Made by a program: the position numbers and the translations under genes. A stretch of DNA of 64,000 nt from contig OZ242365.1 in NCBI GenBank assembly GCA_965208905.1, positions 1,920,001-1,984,000 of the forward strand, in the 5' to 3' direction. The notes beneath the pieces are model-generated. The model saw only the letters and a list, made by a program, of their open reading frames with translations. It did not search any database and was not told the DNA's origin. Position 1 is the first letter of the stretch. Each line of letters begins with the position of its first letter. Shown here one piece after another: positions 29,994 through 40,056 of this stretch. The stretch comes from Nitrosopumilaceae archaeon (GTDB taxonomy: Archaea; Thermoproteota; Nitrososphaeria; Nitrososphaerales; Nitrosopumilaceae).

Positions 29994-30325
29994 TACCAAA
30001 AATATGGTAAACTGTCCTTTTTAACGGTTACCTGATATGGGGGTTGTAACATCTTGGAGGGATGAGGCAGTTTGGTGGGGTTGTAACAAGAGTGGGATGG
30101 GATTGGATCTCAAGATTCATAACCAAATCAGTGACAGAAAGGCGGAACTATACAAAACTAGGATGACGGCCAGACGAAGTATATGCCGCGCATGAATTTG
30201 TATATATAATACGACACCATGATTCCGAGAAATGTCCCGGATTTTATATCATATATAGATGTCTTCAGTTGATGCGCGCATTATCTTAATCCGCGCCACC
30301 AAAAACAAAAACGGTCACTGGCCCG

Positions 30326-31030
30326 TTATCCGTCCATGATCTTCAGGGAGACCGTTCTACCCACCACTACGCCCTCTTTGTTAGTTTCATCAACGGAGGT
30401 AAGGTGTGCGGGAAACTCGCTCCCGTCTCTCCTCTTCATCCATATTTTTGCCGGGTTGTGTATTCCAATTCTCCAGTTGTTCATGTTTGCGTGCAGGTTG
30501 CCCTTGCTCCTGGATGCTGTGTGCTCATACAGGCTGATTCCCACAACTTCGTCTTTCGTGTATCCCATGTTGTCCAGATAGGATTGGTTGCAGTCAATTA
30601 CTGTGCCAATGTAATCGACGGATCTGCGCAGGATGTTGGGATCCTCGTAGCCGTCTCTGGCGCCGACGTTGTACATATCCTGCAGTCTCTTGATATGGGA
30701 AAACTCCATTATGGAAGAATCTATTCCGACTATGTCGTCACCGTCGTATCTGTTTCTAAAGGTCCGCACGACGTCGATGGCATCCCCATTCCTTGCCTCT
30801 AGTTTGATCCTTATGGGGATGTTCGTCTTTTGCGATACCGTCCAGTCGACAAATGCCTTCCTGAGAGCTTCGCGGGTATCTTTTGTAGAATGCTCAAAGA
30901 GGGACTTGCCAACGATCTCTTCCACGGTATATCCAAGCCTGTCCGCATAGGCTTGGTTACAGTCTACAATCACGCCGTTCATATCCACAGAACGGTACAG
31001 TATCGGTATGGTTGCTTGTATGACTCTCAC
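30326..31030 (-). CDS. stand-alone tandem PAS domain protein
   Basis: Two copies of RSVD..G.(I/V).DCNQ.Y...(L/M)GYT..E(I/V)VG.SL.EH with no output domain. Likely GTG start at 31030. Confidence 0.88.
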   Translation of the reverse strand: MRVIQATIPILYRSVDMNGVIVDCNQAYADRLGYTVEEIVGKSLFEHSTKDTREALRKAFVDWTVSQKTNIPIRIKLEARNGDAIDVVRTFRNRYDGDDIVGIDSSIMEFSHIKRLQDMYNVGARDGYEDPNILRRSVDYIGTVIDCNQSYLDNMGYTKDEVVGISLYEHTASRSKGNLHANMNNWRIGIHNPAKIWMKRRDGSEFPAHLTSVDETNKEGVVVGRTVSLKIMDG

Positions 31031-31322
31031 TATGAATAACGCGGTAGCATATGATATAAAAAGTCTTGATGCTGGGAGGATGTGTCCCACAGGAAAATAC
31101 TTTATAAAAATAGGCTTCACACCGCATCTGCAAGACACCTGCTACATCCAACATGCAACGTAGGAGAGATATTGATGTGATGGTACGCCGCGGGATGCCT
31201 TCCGTTTGGGTGTGGTCAAATCATCCGTCCTTGCAAGAGACACCAATAACAACAAAATACACCATTCCACATTTGTAAAATATGCAATGTTGTTTAAATA
31301 ACCAACACTATAATTTATAATT

Positions 31323-31661
31323 ATGACTAGATCTATCTCCCTTTTGCAGTTATTAAAGTATGACACAACACAAAAGATTCTTGTGGAGTTGGCCGATGCC
31401 GAATCAAGGTCTTTACTACTCTCAACAGTAAAGGAGGAGAAGAGTGCCGCCGAGCTCTCTGAAGAGTTACACATACCCCTCAGTTCAGTATACAAGAAAC
31501 TCTCTACATTAGTTGATCTGGCGCTCATGGAGGTGACTAGAATAGATGTAGAGCCTCGGGGAAGAAAAAAGTTCAAGTTGTACAAGAGTCGTATAGCAAA
31601 GGCAGAGATTCGTATTGAAGGATCAACGCCAGAGACCATACTAGAATTAGATCCGAATTAA
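31323..31661 (+). CDS. winged-helix (ArsR-like) transcription regulator
   Basis: KSAAELSEELHIPLSSVYKKLSTL HTH. Confidence 0.88.
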   Translation: MTRSISLLQLLKYDTTQKILVELADAESRSLLLSTVKEEKSAAELSEELHIPLSSVYKKLSTLVDLALMEVTRIDVEPRGRKKFKLYKSRIAKAEIRIEGSTPETILELDPN

Positions 31662-31662
31662 A

Positions 31663-32007
31663 ATGCCAGAGAAGCCACCAATACTAAAGCTAAAAGAGTT
31701 CGATGTAACTCAAAAGATAATTGAGGCGCTTAGTAATGTATACACTCGAACCATACTCTTTTCAATAAAGGATAATGCCAAAGGAGTAAATCAGATCTCT
31801 GCAGAACTTCAAGTTTCAATATCCTCTGTATACAAGATACTAGCGCATCTAGAAGATTTGGCGCTTGTTACTGTGGAGCAGTTCTACATTGAAGATAGAA
31901 AGAAGATAAAGATGTATCGAAGTCGCATCGGTAGGGTAGAAATCTCCATATCAGGAGCAGAGCCGGAATTAAGGCTATATCCAAACTCATACAGTGATGA
32001 CTCATAG
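31663..32007 (+). CDS. winged-helix (ArsR-like) transcription regulator, paralogue of the upstream gene
   Basis: [27 protein letters not shown]. Shares LK.(Y/F)D.TQKI and Y(K/R)SRI motifs with the upstream gene. Confidence 0.88.
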   Translation: MPEKPPILKLKEFDVTQKIIEALSNVYTRTILFSIKDNAKGVNQISAELQVSISSVYKILAHLEDLALVTVEQFYIEDRKKIKMYRSRIGRVEISISGAEPELRLYPNSYSDDS

Positions 32008-33669
32008 AGGTCGTGTGACCGCACCGCGTGAGGCAGACCCTGCCATGGATGCGTACTTTGCAAGAGCCCCATGAGTATAGTTTGGTTTTGGAGGTTGCCA
32101 CAAACTCCTTCTGTTTTGTAATGTTTCATTTGAGACCTCCAAGTCTATACGATTATGGGACACATCTATAGATATTACATCGCCATCCTCCACCAGACTT
32201 ATGGGCCCACCAACAAAGGCTTCGGGCGCCACATGACCCACCATAAATCCTCTGGTCCCTCCAGAGAACCTCCCATCGGTGACCATCGCCACATGTTTAC
32301 CCAGTCCCTGACCCACCAATGCTGCAGTAGTAGATAACATCTCACGCATACCCGGACCCCCTTTTGGTCCCTCATATCGTATGACGACTACATCACCTTC
32401 AGATATATCTCCCTTGGATGCACTCTCGAATGCAGTCTCTTCACGATCAAATACTTTGGCTTTACCTGTAAAGTTAGTCATCTGCACACCAGCGGTCTTT
32501 ATGACGGCGCCTTCAGGTGCTAGGCTACCCCAGAGTATGTTTGCCGTGCCTTGAGGGTGCAGTGGTGCATTTGGCATACGGATTATCCTCTGTTGCGGGC
32601 TCACACTACCCATATCTTTGAGGTTGTCAGATATGGTACCTGTTGTAGCAGTAAGACAGTCTCCGTGCAGTAGGCCATGATTAAGTAGACTCTTCATCAC
32701 TAAAGGTATGCCTCCAATCTTGTCCAATGAGTTCATTACATAGTTACCGCCAGGCTTCATGTCTGCTATGTGGGGTGTCTTTTTGCGTATACGCTCAAAA
32801 TCACCATAGTCCAGTTTTATGTTGGCCTCGCCGGCCAGTGCCAACAGATGCAGTATGCCATTTGTAGATCCGCCCAATGCATTTAGTATTGTAATGGCAT
32901 TCTCAAATGCCTCAAATGTAAGTATGTCTGAAGGCCGTATGCCACTATTCAATAGTTTCACACATGCTACACCACTCTCATATACAATCTTCTCGCGGCG
33001 AGGATCTTCGGCTGGCGGACTAGCGCTGCCCGGCAGAGCCAGCCCTATGGCTTCGGATATGGAGGCCATCGTATTTGCGGTAAACATGCCACCGCAGGAT
33101 CCTGCAGAGGGGCAAGCCGTATCTTCGATATTCTTTAGTGACTCCAGGCTCAGATTGCCTGCATTATATGCACCTACCGCCTCGTATACATCCACCACAG
33201 TGAGTTCACGGCCATCTAGTATGCCGGGCATAATAGTACCGCCATACACAAAGACCGATGGTACATTCAGGCGAGCCATGGCCATCATTGTACCTGGTAG
33301 GCTCTTGTCACATCCGGCCAATCCCACTACCGCATCATATTGGTGGGCGCGCACCATAAGTTCTATAGAGTCAGCTATAATCTCTCTGGATATCAGTGAT
33401 GACTTCATTCCTTCATGTCCCATGGCTATTCCGTCACTGACGGCTATTGTGCCAAACTCTCGGGGTGTGGCACCCGCATCAGATACTCCACGCTTGGCCT
33501 CTTTTGCCAGAGACGGTAGGTGTATGTTGCAGGGTGTTGCTTCGTTGCCTGCATGCGATACACCAATCATGTGTTTTGCCAAATCCTCATCGTTCAGCCC
33601 CATGGCTTTATACATGGCGCGATGCGGAGCTCGAGATACACCCTCTACAACATTACGACTCGATATCAT
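32002..33669 (-). CDS. ilvD: dihydroxy-acid dehydratase
   Basis: [31 protein letters not shown] and TDGRFSG motifs. Confidence 0.98.
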   Translation of the reverse strand: MISSRNVVEGVSRAPHRAMYKAMGLNDEDLAKHMIGVSHAGNEATPCNIHLPSLAKEAKRGVSDAGATPREFGTIAVSDGIAMGHEGMKSSLISREIIADSIELMVRAHQYDAVVGLAGCDKSLPGTMMAMARLNVPSVFVYGGTIMPGILDGRELTVVDVYEAVGAYNAGNLSLESLKNIEDTACPSAGSCGGMFTANTMASISEAIGLALPGSASPPAEDPRREKIVYESGVACVKLLNSGIRPSDILTFEAFENAITILNALGGSTNGILHLLALAGEANIKLDYGDFERIRKKTPHIADMKPGGNYVMNSLDKIGGIPLVMKSLLNHGLLHGDCLTATTGTISDNLKDMGSVSPQQRIIRMPNAPLHPQGTANILWGSLAPEGAVIKTAGVQMTNFTGKAKVFDREETAFESASKGDISEGDVVVIRYEGPKGGPGMREMLSTTAALVGQGLGKHVAMVTDGRFSGGTRGFMVGHVAPEAFVGGPISLVEDGDVISIDVSHNRIDLEVSNETLQNRRSLWQPPKPNYTHGALAKYASMAGSASRGAVTRPL

Positions 33670-34265
33670 CTAACCAGTTCCATACTGTTCAGCTCGGCCA
33701 GATAAGCAGCGACCTCCTCTTCGGACTCATTGCCGTATATAATCAATACGCGGTCATTCTCCATGGGTTCATAGTCCCGAATGTCATCCACCTCCATGTT
33801 GTTGATAAAGAAGCGCAGTGTGTAGTCATCATTGGTGCAGAACTGTTGACCGCTGGGGAATTGGTAGCATTGGTCTGTGAGTTCGATGTCTAGAGAGTCA
33901 AACAGGAATCCCAAGTCTACGCCAGTGGCGTGCTTGTGAATTGTAGAGCCATCATGATTCTCAAAGTGTATCCAATTTGATTGTATCTGATATCCTGTTT
34001 CATGGAATGGGAATGTATCTCCAAATATCTTTACAAGTATTCCTGTATGTGTGTGCGCACTGTTTAGTGCTCCCGCACCCATGGGTGCACCGCCTATGTC
34101 TGCAGGATCCAAAGTTACAAACACAAATGCCGACCATCCAACTATGGCTCCTACACCGCCTAACACACCGATGGCTATCAGCATATGTTTACGCTTTTCA
34201 GATGCGTGCTTTGATGCATAGCTTGCCCTCTTTTGTTCACGCTCCCGCCTCTCTTTTCTGCCCAT
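33666..34265 (-). CDS. conserved membrane-anchored His-motif protein
   Basis: Basic N-terminus, one TM helix, then HTH...WIHFE...TIHKHATG. Confidence 0.8.
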   Translation of the reverse strand: MGRKERREREQKRASYASKHASEKRKHMLIAIGVLGGVGAIVGWSAFVFVTLDPADIGGAPMGAGALNSAHTHTGILVKIFGDTFPFHETGYQIQSNWIHFENHDGSTIHKHATGVDLGFLFDSLDIELTDQCYQFPSGQQFCTNDDYTLRFFINNMEVDDIRDYEPMENDRVLIIYGNESEEEVAAYLAELNSMELVR

Positions 34266-34768
34266 GTACTGTATGGTGTCTTTTTTTTGGCTTTAATTAA
34301 TTAATCGAAAAAGACTGACATTAACAGCATATCAACTAGAGACATGTACACCATACGTTACAGCTCCGCTGAAGTTAGTTGCTTGACATCTCAGGGAATT
34401 GTACATATGAGTAAACATTACTCATGCCTTTTCTTGGCGCCTTGTATAGCGGTCTACACAGCGTTGGTTTGTTGCCGCCGTACCACAAGCGCCTCTAGAC
34501 GACTTTCCCCGCCGCGGGGCAGGCTCTGCGCATAATTTTTTTGAAATGAGTACTACATCTGTTGAGTCTGTGTCATACATCTAACTGTAAAAAATTCACA
34601 GTCTAGCCGATACCATACAGAATGAACTGGTAACTAAACGTCGCGTAAAAACTCCGTTTAAGAATTACAAGATTTTCCAAAAAAGCTGTGGATTTTACAC
34701 TTTGCCTAACTAAAACATAAACTTCACATAAGATATACATGGATATACCAGTACCGCAAACTCACCAC

Positions 34769-35038
34769 ATGAAGATTCTACTAGATGAGATGTGTGATAT
34801 GGGATATGACATGCTCGAGATCAAGGGGTATGATGTGCATAGTGTGGTACGACTACGTAAATCCATGAAGGATATCGATGTGATTACATATGCACGCGAC
34901 AACCACATGATAGTAGTTACCAAAGACAACAAGTGTGGAAGGAAGTGTGAGCAGGCAGGGGTACAGCATATACTACTGGAAGATAATATACTGTACAACT
35001 TTCTCGCAAGTAGGCTTGAAGAGATGAAGGCGGACTAA
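34769..35038 (+). CDS. DUF5615/Mut7-C-like PIN-fold protein (putative toxin RNase)
   Basis: MKILLDEM...GYDV...KDIDVITYARDNHMIVVTKD pattern. Confidence 0.8.
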   Translation: MKILLDEMCDMGYDMLEIKGYDVHSVVRLRKSMKDIDVITYARDNHMIVVTKDNKCGRKCEQAGVQHILLEDNILYNFLASRLEEMKAD

Positions 35039-35099
35039 ACACTAATTCCAAGAATGACGCGTATATCTAGTCATCATACTCAAGTCGGAATAATTTCAT

Positions 35100-35254
35100 T
35101 ACACATAATAACTCACAACTTCCCTTACGATATATACACAATACACGAGAGTGAGCCGCGCGACAAAAAAACCCCTGTCGAACGTGCCGGGTTGTGTGTT
35201 GAGGGTGTGGGTAAACTAAAGGTATTGATACAAAATGCCGCGCTCTACATGTAG
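35100..35254 (+). pseudogene. C-terminal remnant of an archaeal DDE (IS6-like) transposase
   Basis: KTPVERAGLCVEGVGKLKVLIQNAALYM* resembles the TPAEAAGI..EG....TLIQNA tail also seen in the MITE at 8312. Confidence 0.65.
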
Positions 35255-35410
35255 AATTTACAGAGTTTTGGGAGAATACTGTAAAAATTTCAGTGTATTT
35301 TGGCATATATTGACGCGACGTTTAGTTACTAGCTCAATACAAAACGACTATTTTGTATATACTATATTATACGGTACATGGACATATACCATACAGTGTA
35401 AACATGTTAA

Positions 35411-36475
35411 TCATCTGAAGAGTAGATTGAATATGCGTACTATACCCTTGCTTTTGGTCCTTCTTCCCAATGTATGAGTGGGTTTCTCTACAATCACGCC
35501 CTGTGGCCTGAACAAGAGCACGACAAGCAGTATGGAGCCCAGAAGCAGCATATCCAGCCACACAACATCAAAGGGTACAATCCATTCAAACGAGTCCTTG
35601 AAGAATATAATCACCTTGCGCAGTGTTACAAACAACAAGGTGCCAACCAGTACACCCTTGTTGTTGGCCAGACCGCCAATGAGAATCATCAAGAATGGCC
35701 AAAATGTCCAGCTGCCTCGATCATAAGCTATGGCAATAGTGCTTCCAGTATATATTGCGTATAAGGCTCCAGCAATGGCAGCCAAGGCAGATGCCACTAT
35801 TATGGTCTTTATGCGTACGCGACCAGTATCCTTTCCCAAAGACTCGGATGCCATCTCATTATCCCGAACGGCTCGTAAGGACCGGCCCAGTGGGGAGCGA
35901 ATGGTCATCTCACAGTATATGTATGCAACCACGGCCATCACTATCAGAATCAGGCTGGCCGTTGGGAATCGAAGCTCATCAGGTACAAACGACAATGGAT
36001 CAGGAACCTGCACGCCCAAAGTACCACCCACAAGTGGCGGAAAGTTGTTACCAATGATACGTATACTCTCACCAAACGCCAATAGCGTTATGGCCAGATA
36101 GTCCCCCCGTAGACGAAGCGCAGGGTATGATGTAAGGGCGCCCAATCCACCACCCACAAGGGCGGCAATCACAAATGTAAACGCGAATATAACCATCGTT
36201 AACCCCAAATTATCTACAATCCAGATATCCGCCGCAGCCACCACAGATAGATTGTTCTGTATGTAGTCACCCTCAATATTGGCAATGGCTGCTATTATAC
36301 GACCAGGTACTGATGCTGCAACAAAGGCGCCAGCACCCACTGCCAGAACCTTGCCAAAGTTTGGAATACCGCCATAACCAAACTCCAAATTCAAGCTGAG
36401 ATTTATTATAGCATATATTGAAAAGATAGCAATCAGGTCCGTCAAAAATATAAACGCGGGATCTATCGACGCCAT
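35411..36475 (-). CDS. livM: branched-chain amino acid ABC transporter permease
   Basis: LNLEFGYGGIPNFG, LRLRGDYLAITLLAFGE and RAVRDNE motifs. Confidence 0.93.
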   Translation of the reverse strand: MASIDPAFIFLTDLIAIFSIYAIINLSLNLEFGYGGIPNFGKVLAVGAGAFVAASVPGRIIAAIANIEGDYIQNNLSVVAAADIWIVDNLGLTMVIFAFTFVIAALVGGGLGALTSYPALRLRGDYLAITLLAFGESIRIIGNNFPPLVGGTLGVQVPDPLSFVPDELRFPTASLILIVMAVVAYIYCEMTIRSPLGRSLRAVRDNEMASESLGKDTGRVRIKTIIVASALAAIAGALYAIYTGSTIAIAYDRGSWTFWPFLMILIGGLANNKGVLVGTLLFVTLRKVIIFFKDSFEWIVPFDVVWLDMLLLGSILLVVLLFRPQGVIVEKPTHTLGRRTKSKGIVRIFNLLFR

Positions 36476-37386
36476 ACTTTACTCCTCACCTTAGACCAGT
36501 TTATTCCTGCCAGACCATTTGGCACAAACAGGAGTGTAACTGCGATTATAATAAGCGGTATCAACGGCCGGTACGCTATAAGCCAAGAGCCAATCTCACC
36601 GGCCAAAAACCTAGTACCCAATACCTCGGCTAACCCTACTAAAAGGCCTCCAGCCACGGCGCCAAATATACTCGTCAAGCCCCCGGCAATGCTGGCCGCA
36701 AATACACTGGGTATCAAGAGCGGCCCTAGATTTGGATCTCCTAAAAACCACAACGCCATCAGGGCACCAGCAATTCCTGCCAGACCACCAGCAATCATCC
36801 AAGCCACTCCATAAACAGCATTTACGTTTATTCCCACAGTCCCAGACAAGTCAGGATTCTCGGTGGATGCGCGTACCGCAATGCCAAACTTTGTCTTCTT
36901 TAGTACAAGATATAGAACAATGCCTATTATTGCAACTGCCAGGGGGGCAATCATTACAATCATGGGTAAATCCATAAACTCCAAATCATAGCTGCGCAAA
37001 GTAAACTCACGAGATTTAATGCGGAACCCATCAGTTAGGTAGTCGGCCAGTATGTTCAAGCCTGCAATCAGTATCATATCAAATGCCAGAGTAGCGATCA
37101 TCTGTATCGAACCGGTTGCGCCCCGACGTGCCAGGGGTTTTAGTATAAAGATATACAAGGCAATGGCAACAAGCCCGGACATCACAAACGCTATTGGTAC
37201 GGCGATGTATGGATTTGTCTCCCATACTCGTACGGCGATTAGTGTCATGTATACACCCAGCGTGGCAAAAGATGCATGAGCAAAATTTGGTACTTTGGTC
37301 GTCAGATACGTCAGTGTTAGACCCAAGCTCAACAAGACCAAAAGACTAGCAAAGACTGCCGCGTCAAAGAATACCGGATTTATCAC
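36463..37386 (-). CDS. livH: branched-chain amino acid ABC transporter permease
   Basis: LGLTL...PNFAHA and TKFGIAVRA motifs. Confidence 0.93.
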   Translation of the reverse strand: MINPVFFDAAVFASLLVLLSLGLTLTYLTTKVPNFAHASFATLGVYMTLIAVRVWETNPYIAVPIAFVMSGLVAIALYIFILKPLARRGATGSIQMIATLAFDMILIAGLNILADYLTDGFRIKSREFTLRSYDLEFMDLPMIVMIAPLAVAIIGIVLYLVLKKTKFGIAVRASTENPDLSGTVGINVNAVYGVAWMIAGGLAGIAGALMALWFLGDPNLGPLLIPSVFAASIAGGLTSIFGAVAGGLLVGLAEVLGTRFLAGEIGSWLIAYRPLIPLIIIAVTLLFVPNGLAGINWSKVRSKVWRR

Positions 37387-37434
37387 AGCAAATATAACGA
37401 AAAGTCCTATATTACACTATTGGTTATATACAAC

Positions 37435-38190
37435 ATGGCATTACTGAGTGTAAAGAATGTTGGAAAGCATTTTGATGGAAATTATGTTCTGACAAGTATA
37501 GATTTGGAGTTAGAGGGCGGAGAGGTACATCAGTTAATAGGGCCTAATGGTAGTGGCAAGACCACACTTGTGAATGTAATTGCAGGAGTGCTAAAGCCAG
37601 ATACCGGCACGGTACACTTTGATGGGCATGATATAACAGGCAAGGAGCCACATGAGATATACAAGTATGGTTTAGTGCGCTCTTTTCAAATACCACAACC
37701 GTTTGTGAACCTGAATGTAAATGAGAATCTCATGACAGCCACTACAGAGAATCCCGGAGATTTATACAGGAATGCGCCCATAAGGCGCAGGTGGTTGGAT
37801 GACGAAAAAAAGCTACAAAAGAAGGCCGATGAACTTTTAGAGATGGTAAATCTAGCCGGTGTCGTGGACAACCTAAGTAGTAATCTGAGTGGAGGTCAGA
37901 TGAAACTACTTGAACTAGGAAGGATAATGATGTCTGGCGCAAAAATGATATTCATGGATGAGCCCATTGCAGGGGTCAACCCAACCTTGGCTCATGAGAT
38001 ATTTAAAAAGATAAACCATATATGCAGAGAACACAAAATTACCTTTCTTATAATAGAGCATCGATTAGACATATCATTTCAGTATGTGGACAGGGTCTAC
38101 GCGACTGATCAGGGTAAGATTATAGCTGAAGGGACGCCCGACGAGATACTAAAGAATAAGGCTGTCATAGAGTCGTATCTGGGGGTGTGA
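37435..38190 (+). CDS. livG: branched-chain amino acid ABC transporter ATP-binding protein
   Basis: GPNGSGKT, RSFQIPQPF, LSGGQ, MDEPIAG and ESYLG motifs. Confidence 0.93.
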   Translation: MALLSVKNVGKHFDGNYVLTSIDLELEGGEVHQLIGPNGSGKTTLVNVIAGVLKPDTGTVHFDGHDITGKEPHEIYKYGLVRSFQIPQPFVNLNVNENLMTATTENPGDLYRNAPIRRRWLDDEKKLQKKADELLEMVNLAGVVDNLSSNLSGGQMKLLELGRIMMSGAKMIFMDEPIAGVNPTLAHEIFKKINHICREHKITFLIIEHRLDISFQYVDRVYATDQGKIIAEGTPDEILKNKAVIESYLGV

Positions 38191-38194
38191 TGTT

Positions 38195-38914
38195 ACGTCA
38201 GATGTAGTTATAGAGTCCAAAGAACTTGAAGCAGGTTTTGGCAAGAGTCACATATTGTTTGGTATCAACTTTATAGCAAAAGAGCACGATATTACAGTAA
38301 TTGTTGGTCCCAACGGGTGTGGTAAGAGTACACTACTCAAGAGCATATTTGGACTCACCACAATATACTCAGGAAGCATAATGTATCATGGTGATGACAT
38401 TACAAAACTGGCACCCCACCAGGTTACACGTAAAAAGATAGCTTACCTGCCTCAGGTCAACAACATCTTTGTCAATCTGACAATCCGGGAGAATCTATAC
38501 ATGGCAAGCTATACACTCAGCAAGAAAGAGTTCAACGACAGACTGCCAGCCATATACTCAACATTTCCCATTTTAGAAGAGTACAAAAACAAAAAGTCCA
38601 GTGTTCTAAGTGGCGGCCAACGCCAGATGCTAGGTATGGGAATGGCCATGATGAGGCAACCAAAGTTGATGCTCTTTGATGAGCCCACTGCAGGGTTATC
38701 TCCCAGACTGGCCGATGAAGTATTAGACAAGATCCGCCATATGCGCGACGAATTTGGTGTTACAATAATACTTGTAGAGCAGGATGTCCGGCGGGCTTTA
38801 CGTCTGGGCGATATCGTATACCTGTTTGCCAGTGGACGAAATGTCTTTGATGGGCCTCCTTCAGAGTTATCTGCGCACCCAGAGCTGGGTAGAATGTATC
38901 TGGGAATGCACTAA
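38195..38914 (+). CDS. livF: branched-chain amino acid ABC transporter ATP-binding protein
   Basis: GPNGCGKS, LSGGQRQML, DEPTAGL and LVEQ motifs. The protein-like frame extends upstream of TTG 38255 to an ACG at 38195. Confidence 0.9.
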   Translation, partial: TSDVVIESKELEAGFGKSHILFGINFIAKEHDITVIVGPNGCGKSTLLKSIFGLTTIYSGSIMYHGDDITKLAPHQVTRKKIAYLPQVNNIFVNLTIRENLYMASYTLSKKEFNDRLPAIYSTFPILEEYKNKKSSVLSGGQRQMLGMGMAMMRQPKLMLFDEPTAGLSPRLADEVLDKIRHMRDEFGVTIILVEQDVRRALRLGDIVYLFASGRNVFDGPPSELSAHPELGRMYLGMH

Positions 38915-39176
38915 ATGTTATTGGGTCTACATAGCTCGTAGAACTACCATACACCTGTTAGCGAACTAGCCGTTCAGAGATACTTCTGGTGTGAGATCGC
39001 AGAGGGTCACCAGTCTAGTCGCCTACACGATAAACAAATGTTCGAAACGGAATACCTTTCACATGCAGCGGTGCTTGCTTGGCACTTGTTTTTGCAGCAA
39101 ATTCATTTTTCGGCATATCGGGCAAAGCCTCACTCCCCACAATCCACAAATATGTGACAATACCATATCGTATAAC

Positions 39177-39647
39177 ATGAAAAAATCCATACCAATACTG
39201 GCCGGTGTCCTTATTGTGGCCGGTATTGCCTCATACGCACTAAGCCCTTACCTGTTGGAGTCGGAAATTCACGAGGATTTACCTGATAGTATTATGTCCG
39301 ATGATACCGGTGATGTACTTCAAACGTATGGGGGGACTTTTGTGGGCGTAAATGACGGAATACATAATGCTGAAGGGGTTGCTCGTGTATTGCCGCAAAA
39401 CGACGGCAGTCAGATACTGCGCCTAGAGGATTTTTACTCCACCAATGGTCCTGACCTGTACGTGTATCTGTCCGTTGACAAGGCAGCTACAGATATTGTC
39501 AGTTTGGGTCAACTAAAGGCCAATAGAGGAGACCAAAACTATGACATACCACACGGTACTGACTTGACAAAATACGACCATGTCCTTGTGTGGTGCAAGC
39601 CTTTTAGCGTGCTGTTTGGCAGTGCCCAGATCACTCCACAAGAATAA
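39177..39647 (+). CDS. DM13 domain secreted protein
   Basis: Signal peptide from ATG 39177, then GPDLYVYLS and VLVWCKPFSVLFG. Confidence 0.9.
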   Translation: MKKSIPILAGVLIVAGIASYALSPYLLESEIHEDLPDSIMSDDTGDVLQTYGGTFVGVNDGIHNAEGVARVLPQNDGSQILRLEDFYSTNGPDLYVYLSVDKAATDIVSLGQLKANRGDQNYDIPHGTDLTKYDHVLVWCKPFSVLFGSAQITPQE

Positions 39648-39764
39648 GCGCTTTAATTTATGATATGTCATGTATCTGTATGTGGTATAATGATACTGTT
39701 TGGTGATCTACAAAAGAAGAATGTCCAAAAGATTAAAGAAATTAAAAAACTAATCAAAAAGAAA

Positions 39765-39900
39765 GATTACGATGCGGGTCATACGTGGTCTCAAGCGCGA
39801 AGATTCTGCTATACTCACTGGGCTACAACTATATCATAACTTTGTACGACCCACATGGGGTTGCCTAGACAACCAGCACCAGCCGGGGCCGCTGGCATCC
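39765..39900 (+). pseudogene. DDE (IS6-like) transposase remnant
   Basis: RVIRGLKREDSAILTGLQLYHNFVRP, followed by decay. Confidence 0.65.
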
Positions 39901-40056
39901 AGATTATTTATAAAGACATACATGGTGGGCGTTATGGTTTTTTATATTCACAGTAACAAAGTGCAGCTCCGTAGGTTCCGCGCGTAGAGTGGCATGTGTG
40001 TAATCATCAAACTGTGGGAGAGAGTCAGATGTCAGTCTGATTTACAACAGTGTCAA

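Larger units (their letters stand above)
34623..35336 (+). mobile_element. 714-bp non-autonomous TIR element (element B), same TIR family as element A
   Basis: TGAACTGGTAACTAAACGTCGCGT (34623-34646) and rc TGAGCTAGTAACTAAACGTCGCGT (35313-35336). Flanks ATACAGAA and ATACAAAA form an 8-bp TSD with one mismatch. Confidence 0.88.

Noticed and set aside
30040-30088. GGGGTTGTAACA twice, 37 bp apart (possible mini-CRISPR or operator)
   Set aside because: Only two 12-bp copies and no cas genes. It could be a binding site, but there is no further support.
32819-33673. 284-aa plus-strand ORF
   Set aside because: Antisense to ilvD with no independent motifs.
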